Positions 35,271 through 42,204 of a stretch of DNA of 64,000 nucleotides are shown here, in pieces. Numbering within the stretch: position 1 is the stretch's first letter; every line of letters starts with the position of its first letter. The position numbers were made by a program, and so were the translations under genes. The stretch comes from a virus. The notes under the pieces were generated by a model. That model saw nothing but the letters and a program-made list of their open reading frames with translations, was not told the DNA's origin and searched no databases. The stretch is taken from the IMG/VR virus record IMGVR_UViG_3300010885_054390, positions 1-64,000 of that record; one strand, written 5' to 3'.

Positions 35271-35555
35271 ATGGCAACCGAAGGTAAACTAAAGTCCGCA
35301 AGGCTCGCCGAGACCACCCGCTCTATGGCCAAGCTAATTCAACTCGCCCTAGTTCGCCTTGGGGCTGACCCCAGTGCCCTTGTCGCAAGAAAGACTGACC
35401 TTCGAGGCTCGAAGGGCGGGCTCACCTTCGGCGAGCTCATGTACTGGTTAGCCTTTTCAATAAATGCCCTCGAGTTTAAATGCAAAAAGATTTTACCAGC
35501 AAACGAAGCCATACAAAGAATCCAGAGATGGAAGAAAGTGAAAACAATACTATGA
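35271..35555 (+). CDS. Basic hypothetical protein
   Basis: Start re-called at MATEGK after motif 6. Confidence 0.55.
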   Translation: MATEGKLKSARLAETTRSMAKLIQLALVRLGADPSALVARKTDLRGSKGGLTFGELMYWLAFSINALEFKCKKILPANEAIQRIQRWKKVKTIL

Positions 35556-35869
35556 AAACAGCACACGCAACCGCAGAAGAACAACAAGCACAGAATATAC
35601 TTGATATGCAAAAGGCAAGCCAGTTCCTCAACTGCCATCGGGGACGCTACATCATCGGACGGGCTCTCTACGAGACGTACCAAAAGGTGAAGGACGAGGA
35701 GCCCTCGGACGCAGCGGACATGAAGTTTCTCGGGGAGACTTTGTTCCAAATCGGCTGGCTCTCCGCCTTTGTGATGAAGGATAGAAACGTCATCAAGCAA
35801 CAAATGGATAGCATTCGCAAGCACCTCAAAACAGCGGGGAAACGGAAAACTAAAATTGGAAAGGCATAA
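35552..35869 (+). CDS. Hypothetical protein
   Basis: ATGA overlap; RGRYIIGRAL...EPSDAADM motif. Confidence 0.55.
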   Translation: MKTAHATAEEQQAQNILDMQKASQFLNCHRGRYIIGRALYETYQKVKDEEPSDAADMKFLGETLFQIGWLSAFVMKDRNVIKQQMDSIRKHLKTAGKRKTKIGKA

Positions 35870-36119
35870 TTTTATGGTACCTAAATTAGACTTGCTGAAA
35901 GAAGCCTGCGGACACTACCTTTCCTCTTGGACTGGAACCAAGACTGGCGAGGAGATTCTTGAGGCCGTTACCAAGGGCAACTCGGAGGTAGAGGTTTGGC
36001 AACCCTTCGAAAACTGGTCGCCCGAAAACTTGGCCGAACAGATCGAAGTTACCGCAGAATCACTCACCAACCTCTACAAAGAAGCCTATGAACATGGAAA
36101 GGAGTCCGCAACCAAATGA
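35856..36119 (+). CDS. Acidic hypothetical protein
   Basis: VWQPFENW motif. Confidence 0.55.
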   Translation: MERHNFMVPKLDLLKEACGHYLSSWTGTKTGEEILEAVTKGNSEVEVWQPFENWSPENLAEQIEVTAESLTNLYKEAYEHGKESATK

Positions 36120-36385
36120 ATAAAGCGATCTTACTATTACTAGCCATCGGAGCCTCGGCGAAAGCAAACCCGCCGACCATTATCGGGCAGGGCGGAGAAT
36201 ACTTGGGCACACTATCCGCTAACCCCTTTGAGCCCTCGAGCACATCTAATCCCTACGGATTATATGGGAGCGAATACAGCCCAGTCAGCTTGAGTGACCC
36301 CTTCGGAGCCTTCGGGAGCCCCTACAGCACCGAGTCCGCTACCAACGAATACTTGGTCAGCGAAACATTGGAGCTCGATAAATGA
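36116..36385 (+). CDS. Secreted small protein with PYG.YGS.YS repeats
   Basis: Signal peptide; NPYGLYGSEYS and DPFGAFGSPYS. Confidence 0.6.
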   Translation: MNKAILLLLAIGASAKANPPTIIGQGGEYLGTLSANPFEPSSTSNPYGLYGSEYSPVSLSDPFGAFGSPYSTESATNEYLVSETLELDK

Positions 36386-36813
36386 AGGGTAAAAAAACGA
36401 AGCTCGAAGCAATTCTAGTTGACCCCGTTGAAAGAAGCATAAGCCTTGTTCCGCATGGCGAGGACTTGGACGAGGTGTATGCAACCATAGGCTGCGATAC
36501 CATCTGTGCCACACAAATGCCGTTTAACCACACAATGTTCTTGGACGACAACGGACTTTGCCGACCCTTGAAAGAGATTAACCAACGTGGCCTCTTTTAT
36601 ATGGATGGAGCAAAACAGCCCTTCGCGGGCAAGGGACTGATTTTTCATTCCACCGCTGACGGAGGATTGGAATCGTGCTTCCTGCTTGTCGAGCAAGTGG
36701 AAGAGTTGATTCGTTGGAGGCCGAAGAGCCAACCAATGACAGAATCCGAGAAACGGATTGCAACTCAAATACAAATCATCCCCTTTGGAGGTATTAGAAA
36801 TCCTAATGAATAA
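36382..36813 (+). CDS. DUF3846-like protein
   Basis: AILVDP...IGCD...MFLDDNGL...FAGKGLI. Confidence 0.6.
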   Translation: MKGKKTKLEAILVDPVERSISLVPHGEDLDEVYATIGCDTICATQMPFNHTMFLDDNGLCRPLKEINQRGLFYMDGAKQPFAGKGLIFHSTADGGLESCFLLVEQVEELIRWRPKSQPMTESEKRIATQIQIIPFGGIRNPNE

Positions 36814-37255
36814 TAGACTACTCAAATTGAAGCGTAACTGGCTCAAAGCGGACAAAGTTGCCAAAACTCTTACCCGCAAGAAATGGGCTATCTACCGCAA
36901 GACAAGTTCTGCCTATAACAAAGTGACCTCAATAGAGAGCGCCTACCAAGACTTGTTTGTTAAAAGCCTAGTCAAAACCGAAGAGCCGACAACTTCCGAT
37001 AGGCTACGTGAAATCGGGCGACTACTCACAGCTAATAAGCTGGCTTGGTCGGTTTTCCGCAAGACCGACAGCGAAAGAGGCTCTCATTATCGTATAACCA
37101 TTCGAGGAAACAAAAACGTCTCGAGAATTACGAAAAGTTTTCTCGGGGTACAGCTATCCGCCTTTGCGGATGATGAAATCCAACGTTGCCTCGATGAGGA
37201 GAAGGCTACGCTCACTTACATTGTTGGAATCTATGAGGAGGTTGAAAATGAATAA
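36806..37255 (+). CDS. Hypothetical protein
   Basis: ggagg RBS before MNNRLL. Confidence 0.55.
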   Translation: MNNRLLKLKRNWLKADKVAKTLTRKKWAIYRKTSSAYNKVTSIESAYQDLFVKSLVKTEEPTTSDRLREIGRLLTANKLAWSVFRKTDSERGSHYRITIRGNKNVSRITKSFLGVQLSAFADDEIQRCLDEEKATLTYIVGIYEEVENE

Positions 37256-37607
37256 TAGAGACGAATACGAAGATGATCTAAGGGAGCAGTGTAAGTGGGA
37301 CGAGTTCAGGGCTAGACAACTAGACAGGGAGGACAGGGCGAATCAGACAGGCGACTACGCCCCAAAGGACGCCGAAGGAAAAGGCTGGACTCCGTCTTAC
37401 TCGGACATAGAGTGGACTAAACAGCTAATAAACAGCCTAAAAGAAGGGGGCACATGGCTTGTCCCCGCCAACAAGTCTATTTGGACTTTTCGGCAAGAGG
37501 CCAAGGAAGCCCACCTAACATCAGGGGACGCCAATGAAGAAACAAACTCCCGCATCAAAACAATCCTTCAAGAATACTTGGGGTACAACATCTTGGTATC
37601 TCAGTGA
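37248..37607 (+). CDS. Hypothetical protein
   Basis: ggagg RBS before MNNRDE. Confidence 0.55.
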   Translation: MNNRDEYEDDLREQCKWDEFRARQLDREDRANQTGDYAPKDAEGKGWTPSYSDIEWTKQLINSLKEGGTWLVPANKSIWTFRQEAKEAHLTSGDANEETNSRIKTILQEYLGYNILVSQ

Positions 37608-37825
37608 GCAACTTAGGTTCCCCCGTACTTCTTCGGCACAAGGCCAAGGCTTGTCTCGAGGAGTCCGAGATGTCTTTGGCTCTGGAAAGCCTATCGGGTC
37701 TTCAACAGAGACACAAAATGCTGGAAGAAAACCTACAACTTACTCAGAAACTGCTTTTCAGCTACCTTTCGACCACTCGAAAGCTGGCCGAGGAGATAGC
37801 CGTCCTCCGAAAAAACAGACGATAG
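37604..37825 (+). CDS. Coiled-coil protein, possibly the N-terminal part of a -1 frameshift fusion
   Basis: GTGA overlap; ends CGA AAA AAC AGA CGA TAG. Confidence 0.5.
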   Translation: MSNLGSPVLLRHKAKACLEESEMSLALESLSGLQQRHKMLEENLQLTQKLLFSYLSTTRKLAEEIAVLRKNRR

Positions 37826-38244
37826 CCTTCCTTGTTTCGCTTGTAGCCTTGCTCTTCTACCCTTCTTTTGCCACCACAAAGGAAAGCATTCCCGTAGAAG
37901 CAGTTAAACAGGTCAAAAGACCCCGGGCAGTAAAACATCGTTTAACCGTTTATTACCCCGGGGAAGATCAATGGACTTCAAAGTGCCAAAGTTCTAGCGG
38001 GTATACCTTAAAAAATGGGGTCAGCATTGCCACCGATCAGAAGCTCTATGACTATGGGGATAAGGTGTTTATCGAAGGCTTGGGCGAAAGGATTGTGCAC
38101 GACACGGGCACAGCCGTACGCGAACGCAGAGCTAGTGGTGGCAGGTACCCGATCATTGACGTTTTCTTTAAATCAAAGGCCGAGGCCATTCGCTTTTCGA
38201 ATCAGGTAAAATACGCAAACGTCTACCTTGTTGACAATAAGTGA
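37810..38244 (+). CDS. 3D-domain (MltA-like) peptidoglycan hydrolase with N-terminal TM/signal; start uncertain
   Basis: LTVYYPG...IATD...YG..V.IEGLG.RIVHDTG.A...IIDVFF..AIRF. Confidence 0.75.
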   Translation, partial: KKQTIAFLVSLVALLFYPSFATTKESIPVEAVKQVKRPRAVKHRLTVYYPGEDQWTSKCQSSSGYTLKNGVSIATDQKLYDYGDKVFIEGLGERIVHDTGTAVRERRASGGRYPIIDVFFKSKAEAIRFSNQVKYANVYLVDNK

Positions 38245-38265
38245 TAGTATAAATGCCTTGACCAT

Positions 38266-39078
38266 TTGGAGGTTACACAGCAAAGTAATCGCCCAATGAC
38301 CACCATAGAGTATTACAACTCCTACGCGGACAAATTCAAATCTAGATTCCCAACCTTATTTGAATTTTCCGCCCCACTCAATGAGCGGAATCTGCCTATG
38401 GCCAACACGGTAAATTATTTGCTTCCCAAGATAGCCCCCGAGTCTTCTTTTTTAGATGTGGGCTGCGGGTGGGGAGCCTTCTCCGATTACCTACCTTCTT
38501 CAGTAAAATATACTGGCATTGATAACTCGAAGGCCATGCTTTCTTTTGCTACACCGAAGGAAAACGCAACCTTCATTCAAGACGACCTTCACGTCCTACC
38601 CTTCGAAGACAACAGCTTTGATTACATTCTTGCAAACGAAAGTTTAAACTACGCAAACGTTGAAAATGCCCACCGGGAAATTCACCGGGTACTGAAGCCC
38701 GAAGGAAAGTTTTACAGCAAAATGTGGTTGTTTCGAAAGCCCGCAGAAGAAGCATTGGCATTTAATAAAAATATAGTTTCCTCAATAATCGGGATTGAAA
38801 ATGATTTAAACGTCTTTGGCATTCAGGACTTGGGATTGTACCAAGAGGAGCTGAACAAGTTTTTTAACCATAAGTCAGAAGCTCCCTTGGGATTCACCCC
38901 GCACAGCCTAGATGTTTTATCTCTTTTTAAAGTTTCTGAAGACGGCACAAAGTTGGAGTGGGAATCAAGTTTTTCAGAAGAAGAGGCCAAGGAGTTTCGC
39001 AGGACAGCCTTTAAGGTCTTTGCCCCAGTTTTTTGCGGGTGGAGTCCCGATTCGTTCTTTGTATGCACAAAAAAGTGA
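38266..39078 (+). CDS. Class I SAM-dependent methyltransferase (small-molecule type)
   Basis: FLDVGCGWG, GIDNSKAML, LPFEDNSFD, EIHRVLKPEG. Confidence 0.85.
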   Translation: MEVTQQSNRPMTTIEYYNSYADKFKSRFPTLFEFSAPLNERNLPMANTVNYLLPKIAPESSFLDVGCGWGAFSDYLPSSVKYTGIDNSKAMLSFATPKENATFIQDDLHVLPFEDNSFDYILANESLNYANVENAHREIHRVLKPEGKFYSKMWLFRKPAEEALAFNKNIVSSIIGIENDLNVFGIQDLGLYQEELNKFFNHKSEAPLGFTPHSLDVLSLFKVSEDGTKLEWESSFSEEEAKEFRRTAFKVFAPVFCGWSPDSFFVCTKK

Positions 39079-39398
39079 AGAAAGTATATATTTCGGGGCC
39101 GATGACTGGCCTACCAAACCTTAATTACCCAGCCTTCCACAAAAGAGCCACCGAACTTCGCGAGAAAGGCTTCTGGGTCGCCAATCCAGCAGAGCACTTC
39201 GACGGCCAACAAGACATCGACAGGAAGGTATGCCTTCGCACCGACCTGAAGGCCTTGCTTGATTGCGACTACGTAACCTTCTTAGATGGCTTTGAGACTA
39301 GCGCGGGAGCTCTCTTGGAAGCTTACGTAGCCAGAGAGTGTGGGGTTGGAGTCCTCGATAAATTTGGAGAAGTAGAGTCCATTTGTGAGCCCGTTTAA
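39075..39398 (+). CDS. DUF4406 (nucleoside deoxyribosyltransferase-like) protein
   Basis: KVYISGPMTGLPNLNYPAF...NPAE...LLDCD...S.GA.LE..VA; GTGA overlap start. Confidence 0.8.
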   Translation: MKKVYISGPMTGLPNLNYPAFHKRATELREKGFWVANPAEHFDGQQDIDRKVCLRTDLKALLDCDYVTFLDGFETSAGALLEAYVARECGVGVLDKFGEVESICEPV

Positions 39399-40170
39399 AT
39401 ACACACCTCCACTCGGCATCCCAACTTGCCACAAGATATTCCCTCTCGGCATATACGAGAATCAAGTCTCTTGCCACGCCGAAACAAAGAGCGCCATCTT
39501 ACACAACTACGAGTCCGAAAAGTTTCCCGTTAAATGCTCTTCTCCCATGAAACTACCCGACGGAAGAATTGTGCAGGCCGACATAAGCAAGTTTACGGGA
39601 GAGGCTCACGGCTTGGCCACCTTCCACAAGAACCCCCAGTACAAAGTATTCTTTTCCGAGCTTGCCTGCCACGCAAACGCCTACCTTCGTATGCTTGGGG
39701 TTGATGAGCAGAAGACCGAAATTTATGTTATGAAGAGCTGGCTGGTTATTCACGATGACTACACCGACTCGATGCCCTTTCACGTTCACCCAGAATCAAA
39801 CATCTCCTTTGTTTATTACGCCCAAACGCTTCCCTGCTCGCAGGCGATTGTTTTCCGCAATGACTCTCATCAGAACGACATATCTCCTGATATTTTTTAC
39901 AGCGATGTAAACTCTTCTAACAGCCTTGTTACAGAAGAAACCTGTTTAAACAAAACGGAGTTCCCGCTCGGTGTTCGGGAGGGTATGCTCGTCATGTTCC
40001 CCGGTTGGAGAACGAACCACGGAACACGAATGACGAAGCCCGAGGCCTTCGACAAGGATACCTTTGTCCCGAGACTTGCGATTGCAGGCGATCTAAAGGT
40101 TGTGCTGAAGCCCGACAGGCTCGCCACCATGACCTTGTCCTCGTCTCTTGAGCATTGGGAGAAGTTGTGA
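39385..40170 (+). CDS. 2OG-Fe(II) oxygenase (TIGR02466-like)
   Basis: KSW...HVHPESNISFVYY...EGMLVMFP..H...RLAIAG. Confidence 0.8.
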   Translation: MSPFKYTPPLGIPTCHKIFPLGIYENQVSCHAETKSAILHNYESEKFPVKCSSPMKLPDGRIVQADISKFTGEAHGLATFHKNPQYKVFFSELACHANAYLRMLGVDEQKTEIYVMKSWLVIHDDYTDSMPFHVHPESNISFVYYAQTLPCSQAIVFRNDSHQNDISPDIFYSDVNSSNSLVTEETCLNKTEFPLGVREGMLVMFPGWRTNHGTRMTKPEAFDKDTFVPRLAIAGDLKVVLKPDRLATMTLSSSLEHWEKL

Positions 40171-40727
40171 GCATGAGCGTAGCTGTTGATGACTACATAA
40201 AGTCTCCCGAGATACTGAACAGCCAAGAATTTAAAGATAAAAACTTTTGGGTAGACCCGAAGAGCTATTGGCTGCCCGTCGACTTTAAGCCGAAGACACG
40301 CAAGCAAAAGTTAGTCTTCGAGCTTTGGCGTCCTTTCATTTCTAACGAAGAAATAAAGTTTGCTGGCTTTGAGTATTGGAGCAATGTCCTCGAAGGCGGA
40401 CGCTCTCTTGACGCCCACAAAGACCGAGACGAAAAGCTATTTGAGGATACCGGAGAGAACGTCCACCCTTTGGTTGGCTCCGTTTACTACCCAATCATCG
40501 ATGCAGTAGTCGGCGGTCAGCTTATGATCTACAAAGACGGCCTAGAAGCAGAGCCCACTGAGACTATCCCGCCGGTTCAAAATCGAATGGTTTTCTTCGA
40601 GGCTGGAAGACTTTGGCATAAGGTGGCTCCCGTCATCTCGGGAACACGGGCGCATTTTGCAGTAAACGTTTGGGAAAAAGAACCTTATGGGGTCGGCAAA
40701 GAAGGTGGGATGCTTCTTGAAAATTGA
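40155..40727 (+). CDS. 2OG-Fe(II) oxygenase (prolyl hydroxylase-like)
   Basis: EYW...HKDRDE...GSVYY...GG.L...NRMVFF...H.V.PV.SG.R...AVNVW. Confidence 0.8.
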   Translation: MGEVVSMSVAVDDYIKSPEILNSQEFKDKNFWVDPKSYWLPVDFKPKTRKQKLVFELWRPFISNEEIKFAGFEYWSNVLEGGRSLDAHKDRDEKLFEDTGENVHPLVGSVYYPIIDAVVGGQLMIYKDGLEAEPTETIPPVQNRMVFFEAGRLWHKVAPVISGTRAHFAVNVWEKEPYGVGKEGGMLLEN

Positions 40728-40798
40728 TTTTGTCGGCCTTCTTTTGCTTATTTGCCGAGCCCTTTTCTTTGCTTTATGGGTTGTCAGTTCCGTTTTTC

Positions 40799-41020
40799 TT
40801 ATAGGTTTGTCGGTTTATTTTGTTCGCTGGCTACGGGATCATTGGAAAGACTTGTAGGTGCCACTAGGATCTTGGCCCCAAAGACAAACAAATTGTTTAA
40901 ACGCTCTCTACGTTCCGCGCACGCCGCACAGGTTTGCAACGAAGTCCGAAACACCATATCAATAGCCTTGGCTACTGGTTGAGCCACGACATGAACAGCG
41001 TCACCTAGTTTCAAGATCAT
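40799..41020 (-). CDS. Small CxxC protein
   Basis: LGDAVH..AQPVAK.ID...CAAC.ERRE.LN. Confidence 0.6.
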   Translation of the reverse strand: MILKLGDAVHVVAQPVAKAIDMVFRTSLQTCAACAERRERLNNLFVFGAKILVAPTSLSNDPVASEQNKPTNL

Positions 41021-41279
41021 CTACTCCATCGTTATCGGCATCTTTATACTGAAGTGGGTCTCTCGAGAAAATATTCTCCGAACGCATAAACTTTTCAATT
41101 GTTTCTGTTTCTTCTTCTGCAAATAGCCCACTTTTTCCGTTATGCTTTGGGGAGAACCATCTAACAATATCTCTAGTGAACCTTAAAGTTAGGAAGAAGA
41201 CCGCCGACACAAAACCTGCAATTAAAAATGCAGCAACAATCACCAAAACAGTTCCTATGGCGAGCAGAAGATCTTTCAC
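41001..41279 (-). CDS. Membrane protein
   Basis: N-terminal TM; C-terminal DADNDGVDD Ca-binding-like motif. Confidence 0.55.
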   Translation of the reverse strand: MKDLLLAIGTVLVIVAAFLIAGFVSAVFFLTLRFTRDIVRWFSPKHNGKSGLFAEEETETIEKFMRSENIFSRDPLQYKDADNDGVDDLETR

Positions 41280-41527
41280 TATTTTCCCAGCCCCCTTTTA
41301 TTCCTCGAGCGGTTTGCGCTCTTCGAGGCAATCCGAAGGTTGCTTAGGGAGTTGTTTGATGTGTTGTGATCTTTGTGGTCGATGTCTTTTCCTTTAATTG
41401 CCTGCTTGCCATGCTTCTTTTCCATGACTCTACGAGCAGAGTTACGTTGGGATCTACGCTTAATCTGCTCTGGCGTACCTTGGTAGTTTTCGTACTCTTT
41501 TTTATAATTGCGTTTTCCAAGTGGCAT
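41279..41527 (-). CDS. Small basic HNH-motif protein
   Basis: Start MPLGKRNYKKEY; GKDIDHKD...N..SNLR...NRSRN. Confidence 0.75.
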   Translation of the reverse strand: MPLGKRNYKKEYENYQGTPEQIKRRSQRNSARRVMEKKHGKQAIKGKDIDHKDHNTSNNSLSNLRIASKSANRSRNKRGLGK

Positions 41528-41528
41528 A

Positions 41529-41789
41529 TTAACAACTCCAAAGGACTTTTCTAGCCCAGTAATTTGCGCCCATCTTACCCTTAGTTCCGCCAATTCCACC
41601 GCTCCTAGCACAATAACTCTTACGCCGTTTTTCGCTGTGATGCTGACGATAGTCTTTCATTGAGCTATCCCCAAAATGAATTAGCTTTTCTTTCCCACCC
41701 TCGCAGGCCTTCACCATCATTTTCTTTCCCGGCCTATCGCTACGGCGAGGCTTATTGCAGGGCATTGAAGCTTTTTTTCCGAGCGGCAT
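41529..41789 (-). CDS. Small basic conserved phage protein
   Basis: KLIHFGD...DY..H...RRKSYCAR...ANYWARKVLW. Confidence 0.7.
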   Translation of the reverse strand: MPLGKKASMPCNKPRRSDRPGKKMMVKACEGGKEKLIHFGDSSMKDYRQHHSEKRRKSYCARSGGIGGTKGKMGANYWARKVLWSC

Positions 41790-41828
41790 ATTGACTTTAG
41801 TGTAAAATCGAGAATACTAGTGTCAATC
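41790..41828. promoter_or_regulatory. Overlapping divergent promoters in 39 bp
   Basis: Plus strand TTGACT-N16-AATACT; minus strand TTGACA-N16-TACACT-N9-ATG. Confidence 0.6.
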
Positions 41829-41984
41829 GTGAAAGAAAAAGGACTAGGAAAAGCAAAACAAAACCCTTGCTGGAAAAACTATGAAATGGTCGGTACTAAA
41901 ACAAAAGCTGGCAAAACTGTCCCAAATTGCGTCCCAAAAGGCAAATCTAGAAAATCACGAGGGCTCGGTAAAAGATCTAAATAA
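41829..41984 (+). CDS. 51-aa basic protein with PCWKNY...VPNCVP motif
   Basis: MKEKGLGKAKQNPCWKNYEMVGTKTKAGKTVPNCVPKGKSRKSRGLGKRSK; motif recognised from aquatic phages; below the track cutoff. Confidence 0.7.
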   Translation: MKEKGLGKAKQNPCWKNYEMVGTKTKAGKTVPNCVPKGKSRKSRGLGKRSK

Positions 41985-42204
41985 AGCAATCGAAGACGAG
42001 AATATCGTCGAAATACCCGAACAACTTTACGTATTCTTCCTTATGGAAAGGAAGTATCTTTTGGCTAACCTTGACGCCATGCAAAAAGTTATAGCCGCAG
42101 CCAAAAATTACAGCTCGGATGAGGTCGGGGAGTGTTGCTTTAAGGACTATATTCAGTCTTTAGATGAGCTTTACAAGTTTTATACCGAAGTCGGACTTCT
42201 CTAA
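41881..42204 (+). CDS. Hypothetical protein (start uncertain; overlaps the previous gene)
   Basis: The C-terminal part fills the gap up to the convergent giant gene. Confidence 0.4.
   Translation: MKWSVLKQKLAKLSQIASQKANLENHEGSVKDLNKAIEDENIVEIPEQLYVFFLMERKYLLANLDAMQKVIAAAKNYSSDEVGECCFKDYIQSLDELYKFYTEVGLL

Noticed and set aside
38266-39078. DNA methyltransferase protecting CCGG sites
   Set aside because: Motifs are of the small-molecule class I type; no C5 PC motif or amino-MTase (D/N)PPY.
41881-41984. Programmed frameshift joining the 51-aa basic protein to ORF 41881-42204
   Set aside because: It would need a +1 shift with no recognisable signal; a later start or a simple overlap explains it equally well.
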